This document shows positions 14,101-29,100 of a stretch of 56,007 nucleotides of DNA, one piece after another. Each line of letters begins with the position of its first letter. Position 1 is the stretch's first letter. Source of the stretch: Intoshia linei (taxonomy: Eukaryota > Animalia > Orthonectida); contig LWCA01000093.1 in assembly GCA_001642005.1 (NCBI GenBank), positions 1 to 56,007 on the forward strand. The letters run 5' to 3'. The position numbers were made by a program, and so were the translations under genes. The notes under the pieces were generated by a model. It searched no databases, was not told the DNA's origin, and saw only the letters and a program-made list of their open reading frames with translations.

Positions 14101-17100
14101 AAAAAATCAATTCATTGTTTGTGTAATAGCGTCTACTGTACATTTTATGCAGATCACATTCTCCTTTCCATTGGTTACTCATACAATGAACAAAAAATTT
14201 TTTTTTCGTACACGTCAAAATACATATCAGCATGATACATTTATATTTAGACATAAAAAAAGAAGTAGATGCACGGAATAAAAGAAATATCGAAATACTT
14301 ACGGAAAGATCCATATATGAACCAAAAGGTAAAAAATTGATATTCAAAACTAAACTTTATGGTAAAAACACATTCAAACCTAACATTTTTAATGAAACCG
14401 ACAAAATTGACAAAACAAATAGCAAATCAATAAAAAGGTGTATGAAAAATAGCCCATGGCCTTCACGAATATCTACAGAATTTGAAAGATTGAATAGATT
14501 TATGGATCGTTGTAGTGACGTTGCAAGCATACTAAAAACAACGATAGACTTCAATTTGCTATCAAATGCAGCAAATATTGGCGGCACTGGATCAGTAACA
14601 TTAGATTCAATGGTAAATGAAATATCAGTTTCATATAGCATTTTGATGGACAATTTTGTAAAAAATTCATATTCTTGGTTAAATATTGATGACGTTTCCA
14701 TATGTTTTGAGGAACATTTTTTTACGTATAGAGTTTATGTTAAAGATTTACAGATGCAATTAGTAGATATTGTCTATTCTGCTTTTTTAAGCTGTGAAAC
14801 TATTCCTGCTAGATTAAAATTTTATCATATATACTATGATATTGACTTATTTGATTCTGATGATATTTTGAAAGCTGACAAAGAATTATTGAAAAGTATT
14901 TTAAACGATTTGGAATATACATATACATTGTTTAAGCAGGAAAATATTTTTATTAATTATAAAATGAGCAATTACCTTAACAAGTTGTTCTGGATAAATT
15001 CTTTAATTGAAAGATTGGATTGTTTTTTTATTAAAATGAAAAAACTCAGACCTAGTTGTTTTCATACAGATGATGGTTGGACTTTGAGAGACAGGCACAA
15101 TGTTATTAAAACTAAATTTTTGGAGTATAAAAGTAATTTATTAGATACATGGATGGAAGGTATCGATTTAAATATGATAAAATATCTAAAAGAACCTATT
15201 ATAATAAGAAATGAAGATTATTTAATGGATAACATTCAGCTGAACCACAATAATTCTATAGGAAACTTAGAAAACGACCTAGATTTAAAAACTGAAAAAG
15301 CGATTGACGATATTAAAAATTTTGAGCCCATCGATCTAGTTGAACCAGTTAAATGTACAAAATTTACGGTAAATTTGAATAAAAATGTTTCTCTTTTCTT
15401 AGAAGAAAAAAAGTACATAATGGATCTTTTTAATATTGAACAATTTCAATTCTCTGAAAGTGTAATTTCATTTGCTGAAACAATAGATAAAATTGTAAAT
15501 TTCGAAAAAAATTATGCAATATTGATCAATACTATATTTTTATACAATCAATCACTAAATTCATTGAATGATAATGAATTTGATATTTTTAATATAATCA
15601 TATGTAAAATAGATAACATGTTAAAAGAAGGATGTGATAAAATTTGTTGGATATCATATAATTGTACTGATTACATCAGTTCAATATCTAACATTATTGA
15701 AAATACATTTTTGGATAAATTGTCAGTATTAAAAAGTGTTACAAAAAAAATTTATACAATTTCTGGAAATTTGTGTGATGGCATAGTAAATGTGTTTCAA
15801 GATATTGGAATAAATGTGTACCAAAAAGAGAAGGAAACCATAAAAATTATCAATTTAGAATCGATTGTAAAACGACACAATGAAATTGAACAAGAATTTG
15901 ACGTAATTCATGAAACAATTAATTCAAAATTACATAACAATCTCATGCACCTATTTAATGTTTTGGAAATATCTGAAAGTTCGCCTTCTTGGATTAAATA
16001 TATTGATTATGTTGAAAATATCGTTTACAATGGAATTACAAACTATTTGAGAATTACATTGACGAACTGTTTATCATTTTTAACCAATCAAAAAGATTTT
16101 ATTATTGATAACACGTTAGAAACAAGTGATAGATATAATAAAAGTGGTAGAAGTACTGGACCTTCAGAACTTGTTGAATTTCCCATATGCATACAAATAG
16201 ATTTGAATTTAATTGAAGGTGAACCAATATTTATTCCATCATTAAATGAAAACTTCGTATCACAAACATTGCTAGACGTTTTTAAAATGATTATAGAAAG
16301 CCACATAAAGAGATGTTCATATGTATCTGTTACAAATGAAAAAAATAAATATATAAAAAATTTGGATAATAATAGTTTATTAAACATAACCATACAAAAC
16401 ATTATTGAAAATGTTAAACGTGTTACACACAGATGTACTAAAGAATTGAGAAATTTTAATAAATACAATTTCATTTATAGGGTTGATCCACATGTTGAGT
16501 TTTACAATTTTTTGAATGGTAATATTTACGAAAGTGAATTTAGAGAAACGGTCAAAGATAAACATAAAAAAACAATGATTTATAAAATTGAATCTGCGGC
16601 AAGTAGTAGAAGTAATCATAAACCTGTTTTAAGTAAGCCAATTTTACTGGAAAATGAAATTGAAAATGACAACGATCCATCCTTGAGTGAATTTTCAATT
16701 GAACTGGAATTATTGAAAGAAAGCTTAAAAAGTATCACTCAAAATCATCAAAATTACAATGTTAGATGGGGACATTTAAATTTTGTACCAATTGTTGAAA
16801 GTACATCAGTCATTATTCGAAAAAGGACGTGGATTTATTTAAATTATTTAGAGAAACTATGTTCAAATTATTTGTGTCAAATGGATACATTTTTAACAAA
16901 AGTTGAACCACAGATTGAAATAGTTCAAGATTCTAATGTTGATAAAAATAAACTTAAAAGTATTATTGGTGTATTCAATCAAGTTAACACGGAAAAGCAA
17001 AATATGGATGAAAGATTTCCATTGCTTCAAAAAACTGTTGATTTAATTGAAAGTTACAATTACAATTTAAACAGTTCTACTCAATTATTATATGACAATG

Positions 17101-20100
17101 CTATTGAAAGATGGAATAATATTAAAAAAAATATGGCGATAGCTAAGAAATATGTTGGGATAGCTATTCAAACTCAATCTGCAGATATTATTGATGAATT
17201 GAATAATTATAATTTACGCTTACAAAATATTTCAAAACGTTTAAAAAACCCACACTTATATTCTGCAGATTTACTAGATACTATTTTCGAAAAATATTCA
17301 ATTGGACACGAAAATTTAAATAAATCTATTAATGCCAAATATACGGAAACTCCACAGAATTGTGATTATCAACAAAATTTTAATCAAAGTGGTGTTTCAA
17401 ATATTTCCAACACATCGAATTTTTCAATTGACCTGTGCAATGAAAAATTAAATGCATCTGACAAAAGGATAATATTATTTGAGATTAATAAAGACTATCA
17501 ATTATTAATCAATGATTCACATGATATCGAACAATTGCAACAATTGATTGAAGTTGAATCCATATCGTTTGATAAACTAAGATGTATTGGAGAACTAATC
17601 GATGATTTAATTCGTACATTTTCTTTATGTGATGTTATTAATCGCAGACATAAAGTATGGATTTCTCAATGTGTTGTTAAAATAAACCTTGAAGAAATTG
17701 ACCATGAATGTGATCAACAATTGTGCGATATTTCACAGTTGAATAATGAAATTTTACAATGGCCATTTGTGAAAAAGTGTAATTTGAATGTTGAAAATAT
17801 TAAAAAATATTTAAATATAATCACTGCTGTATCTAAATCTGATATGAAAACAAGACATTGGAAACAAATTTTTTTGCTATCTAATCAAAAGAATATTACA
17901 TTCACTCCCTTTGCAGATCATACATTAGGTCAACTGATGCTACTTAAATTGGAAAATTATATGGATAATAGTAATTATATTTATCACTATATTCTTCTAT
18001 ATTATATTTACAATTATAATTGAACACATTTTATAATATTCAAAATAATTAAAATAGGTGATTATGGAAAACTTAAAAAAAATTCATTAAAGTAAAATTT
18101 GTAGAGATGGTGACTGTTTGAAAGTATCATGTATAATAATGGTCTGTATAGATCATAACCATATGTTTGGTTGTACCTATTTCTTCTTGTTGGGTAATCC
18201 ATAATCTCATTGATATTTTCAATTTTTAAGTTGATCTTTTATGTCAATATTATATTTAAAAATTACATTGCATATTGTTCAATTTTAATTCGAAATTAAC
18301 CATTACAATTTATTCGTTTTACAAATAATATTATTCTTTTTAGTTAATTACGATTTAAAGTTAATCTGATTGAAAGAATGAATTAAATTTAAGATAATAA
18401 TATTGACCATAGGTGATAAATTAACCGTATAAATTTTTTCCAATCGAATTCGAACAGTTACAGTACTAATTAATCGTTTGTTAAATATTAATGGATCAAT
18501 TTATTGATTTATATAAAATAATTGCAATTAATTGAAAAATAAAAAAATAATTTTCAATTAATAGTTTTTTTCATATAACTGAAAAAATATAAATTGAATC
18601 CTTTTATTGACAAATGGGTGGATGAAATAATTAATTAAATTTTTTTTATGTAGTTCAAAAATTTAATTTAACATTATATACTATAATTTATAATAATAAA
18701 ATATTAAGGTATCAAGTTGACATTGTCAACACTCGTTGTAGCCTATCAGTCCCAAAATGCTATATTTATTTCCAGAAACAATTTTATTTCTAAATTCGAA
18801 GGAAGAAATAAAATAATAGATAATAGAAATATTAACAACTCTTCATTATTCTATGAAATTTTAGAAAAATAGAAACGCGTTTGTCAGCAGAAAAATGATT
18901 TATTTGATTTACTAGCTAGACTGTTATGTACATATTTGATAATAATGATAATATTATAACCACATGACAGTTTTTTAAAAATGATTATGTTATTTTTATC
19001 AATATTCAATTAAATATTAAAAATTTTAATATTTCAAAAAACCATAATGCAATTGATAGGAAATTATTTTTTCATTTTTCAAAATATTAATTATTAATTG
19101 CAAAAAATTCAATTCATTGCAATTATTTTATATAAATTAAGTTAAAAAATGTTAATTATTAAAATTTAATTTTAAAATATTCTGGATTATCAATAATTTT
19201 TTGTCATGGGATTATATTTGCATCTTCTCGTGTAGGTTGTACTGTAAAAACATCCCAAAAATTTTTTAAAAAACCTATGATTAGGGTAAATTTTGCCTTT
19301 TTTTTAAAGATTATTTCATAATTGAAATTTTTATATTTTTATTAGATTTACCACTTTTAATTATGTATTTAAAAAATATTAGTTACCCATAATAGTTCAC
19401 CTAATGATTTAAAATATGCAATAATTCTTTGTATAAAATAATATTAATATAATATTATTACGGTAACTAGGAAACACATTTCCCTCTATCTTTCAGAATA
19501 TACATTTTACAATTCGGTCTATCATTTAAAAATAAAACCTAACACATTTTTTTAAACTGTAAAATGTGTAATTTATATTAGTTATACTCACATTTATATA
19601 CTTATATAGTTTCATTATTAATTAACTCATATATTAACTATACATGAATATTTTTTTATTGATTTCATTGTTACCACTTATGGGAGATTAAATATCAACC
19701 GATTTGAACATTTTACATGTATGATTAATTTTAGTTTTGGATGTGGTTAAAAAATCTCACAAAGACGAAGAATTAGAAAATAAATTGAAAAATTATGAAG
19801 CAGATTGGTTATCTAGTGTATTTTATTTACAACCATGTTTCATGAATTATTTGATTATTGGTAAACCTGATACATACACACCAAAAAATATGAACAGTAT
19901 AACAACCGACGAAAAAGTGAATTCTACACAAAATTTTAAACGTCGAGCTTCATCTATGATTGGATTAAATATAATAAAAGAATGTGGAGTAAGATAAATT
20001 TAAATTGTACGTCGGGTGTCAATTTAATGAAATTGGTATTGAGAGATTGGCGGTAGTGAGAAATTTTTTTTTAAGTTTGTTATAAAAATAAAATATAGTA

Positions 20101-23100
20101 GTGTACAATTATATCTTGTATTGAGAGGTCTGAATGTATTTTTTTATCTCGTTTTTCCCAAAACATTTTACCGTGGATCGATAACTTTCATTACATTACA
20201 TTTATAGTGAATTATAAATATTGTCGCATTTCAAAAGGGAGACAATTTTTAAAGTTCAGTTCAAATTAATATTTGACTCATTTCGCGTCTCTCTCTTACC
20301 TCCTACTACCCTTCATATCTCCCTCTCACCATTTCTGTGGTCGTATATATAATCCTTACATATATACTATGCTACGCAATATTTTTTGTGTGTGTTCCAC
20401 TTTATTTCAGTAACTACCATTCTTAAAATTATATAAACGCTACATTTCTATTACAGTTTTTTCCTGGGTGATAATAAGATAAATTTCAACCTCCCAAACT
20501 CACATCGTATTTGGCAAAAACCCCAATTGTCTTTTTTTTGAAAATCAAACGAGTTGGAGAATTTAAAAAAATACATACGCTGATACGAATTTTAAAATTA
20601 TAAACATTATCATAAATTTAAATTTAAAAAACTTATATCTTCAGACCCAAAACCCCAAATTACCCTTTTTTTTATTATGAAAACAGCCCTAACTTTACAA
20701 AATGTACAGGTGGTACAGTTGTATCCTGTTAACACACACAAAAAATTTGAATCCAAATAAGTGACAACTTCACGGTCAAAAAAGCATTTTAATATTCATA
20801 TATTTTTTTCCGAAGTATTTTATTAAAACAAAAAATGTGAAATAATTAATGGTCCGAAAATTAAAAAAATAAAAGTTATTCTGATAGCTTATTCCAGTTG
20901 ATATAAATACAAAATTTGAATCCCACAAATACAACTTTGTTATTATGATTTTTATATTTATGACTAGCTTGACTGTTATTACTTTATTTTATTTAATTAT
21001 GAATTTTGATATTCAAAACTTGTTTCCTTTGAGGTAACTTAAAAAAGCTTTTATAAAAAAATACTAGAAATTACTGTCCTGGTTTTTATATGAATTTAAT
21101 CATTTTGTAGACAAATAAAATTCTCATGAATTATGAAATTTAAAAATTGTAAAACACCTTAATGTACATACTTTAAACAATGTAGATATTTATACTATAC
21201 TTATAAATTTATTTCGTAGAATACAACATTATCGTATCAATTAAAAAACACTAAAAAATTGTTTCTTAAATTAAACAAACACCACAGGGAATTGGCAAAA
21301 CTTTTTAAATCAACACTGTCTGGATCATTTGCTGATCAAATATATACATGGAAAAATAATCTAAAAATTATTGAGGAAATTTTACACATATGGTTAAAAT
21401 TCGCCGAAAGATTTAGAAAAATAAATCAAATTATGAAGAATAACGAAATTTACGAAACTTTAAAGAAAAAATGTACTCAATTCTGTTACATAAATAATGA
21501 ATATAACGGATTTATGCAACATGTTTATGAATTTCCGAATATTATGAAAATATGTTTTAAAAAAAGTAAATTACTTTCGTAACGTATAAATGTTATGTAA
21601 TTAACCTGTTAACTGGTTGTTTAGTTTAATTTTATCCATTAAAAATTTGATTATAATAATTATATATTACAGTTATATTTCAAGATTTGTGCTGTTTTAT
21701 ATTTAAATTATTATAATTTATAAAAACGCGTGTTAGAAATATAAATTTAAGTTTATTTTCGTATTTTTATTAATTTGTTTTTACAAAAACTTAAATTCCT
21801 GCTTCGTTTGTTAAATCAGTTCATAGGTTAATATTCACAAAATATAATTATACATATTATATATAAACATACTAACTGAATCACTAATGAGTATTATGTT
21901 CATTGAAAATTATTCAACATGGTTAAACACATTTTTATTCAGTAGTGCATAAATTACTTTTACTTACTTTTATAAAAATTATTGATTATGGCATAATCGA
22001 TAGTGATTTTCAAATGGGGACTTGGCCTAACCAGGGGGACCTACAGAGTCTGATAGGTCACAGATTTAACCTTTAAGAGATCTTTTACCATATTCTACTG
22101 TACTAATTATTGAAGTCTATCAACTTAATTTATTAAAATTAAGAGTTAACTGATATAATCATATCAATTAACAATAATAAAATAACTGTATTCCACATAA
22201 ACCTTTACGAGACAATTGCATGATTATGTTAAATAAATGTGAACTGAAATTTTTACAATGTATGATTATAAGGGTGTCACATCAAATATTTTTTTTAAGA
22301 AATATAAAAACATACCTGTAGATTAGATTTAATTTAAAAATAGACCATTAACGAATGTGCGTTCATCAATTAAATAATTTACAAAAATAGCTAAATTTAA
22401 GTTTATTTTCATGTTTTTCTGAATTTTGTTTGACAAAAACTGAAATTTCTGCTTTGTTTGTGGAGGAAAATTAAAAATGTTTTGTATATTTTAATAAAAC
22501 GTGTTGAGCAGCATCATTTACAATTCACTTTATTCTATAATACAAAAAAACATTTGTTTTTTAATTATAATAAATATGATGATTTTGTTTTGCCGTTTAA
22601 ACAATGTTTGTGAAATAAATAAATGTAAACACTTTTTCGAACTTTTTGAAAATGTTAATCTAATTTTAGAAGAGACCTTAAGATAGTCATAATGCAACCA
22701 AAATTTTATGTATTTTTAATATACCAATAAAATAAATGATTTTGTAAATATTAACCTACAATATATCATTATAAACAATTATAATCGATAATAATTACAT
22801 AATTATTATTCAAAGTATTTTGTTAAAATTTATTTAAATCTGTGACTATATTTTAAATGTCTTCCTCTATTGTGAACAAATTTAATGCTCGTTTATATTT
22901 TTTTAAGTAAAATGACGTGTAAAATAGGACATAATGTTAATGCGTATTAATATTATTTATTAATCCGCATAAATTGTCGTATTTAAACATACTCCACAGT
23001 AAATTTCATTATGTTAATTGATTAAACTAAATAAATTATAAATTTTTATTATTAAATTAAGGTCTCTTATAAAAGTAGAGTAAACTTTTCGAAGCGACAA

Positions 23101-26100
23101 AAAAATTTATACGTTTAACCAACTACAAACAACAAAAAAAATGATAAATATAGCTGTAATATGAAAAATTTTTTTTTATATTATAAAAATTATTATATTA
23201 TTAATAACGTCAATGGTAGTTGATGCAGCTTAACATTATTTATTAAAATGTACAATTATTTTCAAATTTTTTACACAAACGAAGCACGAATTCAAGTTTT
23301 TGTAAAAATTCAGAAAAGCATGAAAATAAACTTAAATACAGTCAGACTTGTTGATAGTGAACTTAACTGATTATATAGAAAATAAACTTAGATTCATAAT
23401 TAATAATGTTTATGATTTGTTATTTTCATTGTTCATTATTTTTTATAGTGAACATTAAAAAAATTCGGAACCAAATGTTCACTATACACAATTCTGACTG
23501 CATATTGATTTATTTGAAAATAAATTTAGCTATTTTTTATAGAACTGCTCCGTGTAGCAATTTTCTGGCAATTCTGGAAATTATATAATTACGTTTCATG
23601 AATTAAGTATTTTTTATTGCTTATTCTCAGCTAAATATTAAAGCCAAATTTAATTTTTTCACTATTAATTAATGATAATGAAATTTGAAAGTTATGAAAC
23701 AGCTTTAAAAGTTAGCATTTCAAATGTGAAATTTTTTGCTTTTAATTTCTAAATCAGCATAATCTCGTAAGGGTTAAATCTATGCCATTTAATTATATCC
23801 TTTTAATGGGTCCCGTATTGGTTTAAAGCGTTCATGTTCATTAGTTTAATTTAATAAGTAGAAAATAAATGTGAACTATTCTTGTTTGATATTTAAATTA
23901 GATTTAAAAAGATTTTTCTTTCATCTTGGTGATAAGCTTAAAATGTGTGAAATTGCCATAGAGAAAATGTTAATTGCAAAGCGATCTGAATTTCCAAGGT
24001 TGTATTTTGTATCAAATACAACTTTGATTAATGTATTTAGTGGAGGTAAAATTAATAATGCCTAATATAGAGTACTAGCTTGGCTGTTTTGTACTACGTA
24101 AAAACAGCACCTAGTTCTGCCGAGGGCGGACTTATCTAAATCTACTTAAAAAATAAATTCAATAATAAAATCTTACTTAAAAATACTACTCATTAATAAT
24201 CATTTAAAGAAGTCATTCCTTAACTTGACGCGAACTTTTTTGAAGTCTAAAATTAAATGACAATTTTTATTAATTTATTTGAGTTTTAGAAAAAAAATTT
24301 ACAAAATGTTGTTTTTTCCCTAAAATTTTATGTTAGTAAAAATTGAGTTATAGGAATGTGACTACCTAGTATATAATTATATTATAGGTCTTGATGTCGA
24401 AATCATGAATAGATACATTTATCTTTTATTTCCAAATATAAAATATTTGGACTATCAATTAATTCAAAATGATACCAAGATTGCCTCAAATGTAAATGGC
24501 GTCTTAACAGCCCTTTTCCAAATAAACTCAATTTACATGCAAAATGGTGATATACTTGAATTGGGTATACCTGTTATATGCAATATTAATGTGGATTCAT
24601 GGTTATCACAATTGGAATGTTCTGTAACGTTGGCTCTAAAAACTCAATTAATATTTGTCCTCAATTTTGACGACAACCCGGTGAAATCTATAATATGTGG
24701 TGATGATCTTAATGATAACAATCAATGTTCCATTAAATCGAACGAGGAAGAAGCACATTCAATTTTATATCCATACTCTGTTTTGTACAATAACATTATT
24801 AGGAATCGAAAAAGTATTAATTCTTTATTAGAAAACGAATCCTTAGTTAATGGTAATTACTACACTAATAAATAATAATAATTAACACACCATGTCATTA
24901 AGTCATAACTAATGATATTTCTACAATCAAAATGAAATTAAGTTTATTATATAGAACATTTAATTATTTATTTGGACATTTGAATCGATTGATTGATTCG
25001 AAAAGATTTACAAAGATTGACACTAAGAAATTTTCACCATTTTGTTTCATTTGTCTAATATTTTTAGGTAAGCCAAAATGTTTAATCGACTTGCCAATCT
25101 TTAAAATATTGACAAAACCTGTCTTTTATGAAACAAGCCGAATGTAAATTTGAATTGACTATAAAATTAAATCCGAAAATATATGACACTAATAATTATT
25201 TTCAATCTTCTCATGCATATTAAAAATATAACAAAAGATTGTCAAAATTAATTGGCAAACTTTAATTATTTACTAAACCAACTATGGCTTGTCATTCTTT
25301 CTTTGACAGCCTAATTTAAGACAATAATAAAAAATTTGGTGAATTATATTGCCATATATTTACTAAATTTATGATAATACAGTGATATTTCGTTCTTATG
25401 ATGTTCGATTACTTAAATTTTAGTTTATTTAGAAACAATTTTAAGCCAAAAATATTTTTTGCAATCATAGATATGTAATTTTGGCTTTACATTTATCTTT
25501 AAATAAACTAAAATTGAAGTAATAAAACAAAGAGATCGAGATATCACTGTATAACATAACATATTTAATAAAATGAAATTTTTTTTCGAAGATATGTATG
25601 TAGCTAAAATTTTTGTGATGAACATATTTTACTTTTAAATTTTTCAAATCGCAATCAAATGATGAATGATTATAAAATCATAGTAACTAGCATATTTTAA
25701 TAAATCGCAATTAATTCAACTTAATATACGATAAATGAATATTAAATAAATTAAAGGTACCCAATAATTAACTCAACAGTGTCTCTTCAACAGGTCGAAG
25801 ATCTCAATCCGGTTGTAGTAGACATTTAAAGGGTATTTCAACTATCTAAATCCAGATCTACTGAAAAACTTTGATTCGAATTTTTGAGTTATTGAGATTA
25901 CAAGAAAAATATGTAATACATTTTTTTTTGAATATTTAATTTCAATTTTACTATAAAATTTTAATCAGATTGTAATACAATTAAAATTACGATTATAGTA
26001 CGATATTATTACGATACAATTACGATATTAACTAGCTTGACTGTTATGTACTACGTACAAACAGCACCTAGCTCTGCCGAGGGCAAATTTTTATTATACC

Positions 26101-29100
26101 AAAAAAATAAATTGATGTTCAAAATCTAACTTAAAAATCCTACTATTCACAGTTATCAATCCTTTAAAGGAGTGGTTCCCAAACTTGTTTCAAATGGAAC
26201 CATCATATAACATTACTTTAAAGTGAATTATTCCATCTTAATTTTTAGTTTGTTAACATTTGCGTATAGAATTTTAGAAACAATTGATATCCCATTTTTT
26301 TAATCTATTAGACAGAATGTGTCTATAATATTAAAAATAAAGTAAAAACAATCCAATCCTAATAATTGTCATAAATAGCATAAATGCCAGAAAAAATATA
26401 ATTATAAAAACCTTTTGTCATTTTCAATGTGATGATATATATTCAGTACCAATTTAATTAATACTGAAAAATACCAATTATGTATCAATTATGTATTTGA
26501 ACAATGATTTTAAAACTTTTAGTTTATATTTTAATTTAAAATCGAGTTAGAGAATTGGCGAGTTCTAGAGAGAATACTGTATAATTTAATTATAATGACA
26601 TTTTTATTGACTTGTCAAAATCTGACATGTTTACAATCAAGTATATTCTTGATGTTATTTGAAAATTTATAACTATTTTTGAGGTTGTCTAGTTTGATAA
26701 AAAGGCTAATATACATGTTGTTGTAAGATTTCTAAACTGAACACACAATTCTCAATATGATGTAGAATTATAATATAGTACATTGCGTTTAGATGATCGA
26801 AATTTATCCCAAATTGAATCACCTATGAATGATCACGTAGAAATTAAAGAAAATAATGAATCATTAAAGGAATATTTAATTGAAAATATAGGTGTGGAAA
26901 GATACAACTATTTCGATACAGATACATTTCTATCAATTCTAAATGCTACCGGGCAGATTTTGAATTTATTTTTAAAAATTAAATTGACTAAACTCATTGA
27001 TATTCATTTTGTTAATTCTTTTAACATTGAAAATGAAGAAGATAAAAATCAAATAGAAAAACCAAATATACCGCAATACAACGCTTTGAATTACACAGAT
27101 CACCTTATTTTAGTTATCTCCATGATGATAAACTATAACAAACAAAGTAATTTAATATTTAACTACGTTTAAATATGTATTAGGTTGACTGTTATGTACT
27201 ACGTACAAACAGGACCTAGCTCTGCTGAGCGCACATTTTTTTATACTTGAAAATAAATTCACGTAGAAAATCTAATTTAAAAATCCTACTATTCACTATT
27301 ATTAATCCTTTCAAGTAGTGGTTACCAAATTTGTGTCAGGTGGAACCATCATATCACATTACTTTTTACTTTAAAGTGAATTATTCCACTTAATTTTTTG
27401 TTTGTTAACATTTATAAATAAAATAAAAAAACAGTCCAATCCTAAAAATTGTCATAAATAACACAAATTTCAGAATAAATTAAATTATAAAAACCTATTT
27501 TGTCATTTTCAATGTGATAATATATATTCAGTACCAATTTAATAAATACTTAAAATTACAAATTATGTATCAATAATTAACCGAATCTCCACATTATTTT
27601 AGTCGAATTTTCCAAATTTCCAAAGGATTGTAATAAATATAAACATGATATTAACAAAGTTGTTTTAGTTGCGTTGTTTAGTTTCTATTTAAATTTTATT
27701 CAAAATGTTTTGAAAATGATAATTTGAAATTTAAAAATTGTGCAGCTTTGAATAAAATTCCGAAAAAATGAATTATATAGATTTTCACCCATATTTCTTT
27801 ATTGGAAATTTGTAGACGTTCACTGTTGTTTAAAATAGTAGTAAGTATATAGTAGTGGTAAGTGGTAAGTGGATATAGTAGTAAATAATAGTAGGATCAA
27901 TATTTACATTTTCAATTTTTATTTTAATCGAAATATTTGAAAAATATTGATTGATAGTATATTAAAAATTATTTTTTATCAGAATGCGTAGATTTCTCTG
28001 GTTTAACTTTTGTATTTGTATCAACGGTTAATTATTTCACATTTTTTGTTTTAATAAAATATTTCGGAAAAAAATATATGAATACTAAAATGATTTTTTG
28101 ACCTAAGTCGTGACTTATTCGGATTGAAATTTTTAATTTTGGAATAATTCGGTGTGTTAACAGGATACAACTGTACTACATGTAAATTGTTTGAAATTCT
28201 GATATTTAAAATAATCAACCCGACTCAAATCTTATCATTAAATATTTTTATTGAGAAATATTATTAATATTACATAAATGCATAGGATGCGTGCAGTACG
28301 TCATTAAAATTATCACTTTTTTGAAAAAATGTGAAACTCTACTGGAAGCGTCTGGTACGGTTTATAAAAAGTGCAAAACCTTCAATTTATTATATTAAAT
28401 ATATATTTTATTCAGTTTTTTGTAATTTAATTTTTTGTAATTTAAGATTCAAATAACTACTCTACACCTACATTATTATACAAATTGATGAACAGTTTGA
28501 GTTTATTATTGTATTACAAAGAAATTGCTTCCAATGGTACAAAAGCAGTTGATACAATAAGTGATGAATATTTTAAATGGCAGAGCTCACTAAAATATTA
28601 TCACAACGTGAATACAATAAACATTAGAGTAAATTTAAAATTGAATAATATTTTATGGTGTAAATAGGTGATGACATTTACGTTTACCTATCAGTTTGAA
28701 TTAGTTGATTCTAAAAATGACATCCTATCATCTAGTCATTCCAACAAGTTTGTTTGGTTCATAATACATGCAATTCAATCTTATCAGCCTTTGCAAATTG
28801 GCATGAAACAGGTATAATCAGAATAGTAATAATTAATGATACGCAATGTATTTAAATTAGATGCAATTATTAAAACAGTTGAGTTACGCATTCGGAGTAT
28901 TGATGAAAGTGGTATACCTTGACGAAACCACTACTCAAGAAAGGATTAGGAATCTTCTTAAAGGATTATGTTCAACAGGTATTGAATAGTGATGGAAACT
29001 AGATCACATGTGGTATACTAATTTTTTGAGTATATTCGAAAATTATTTTCTAGTGAGTTTTCTAATAAAAAAATTGTTATGAGCTCTTGGAAATGTAACG

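Larger units (their letters stand above)
12177..14138. mobile_element. pogo-like element hosting nested insertions
   Basis: TA|cagtaggcgctattcataacaac ... gtttgtgtaatagcgtctactg|TA imperfect TIRs; the subterminal motif ttccattacaaca occurs near both ends. Confidence 0.7.

Noticed and set aside
14006-16619. Minus-strand and alternate-frame ORFs overlapping exon 8 (also 37279-40013, 42480-42701, 45181-45483)
   Set aside because: Shadow ORFs of the long dynein exons with no recognisable motifs.
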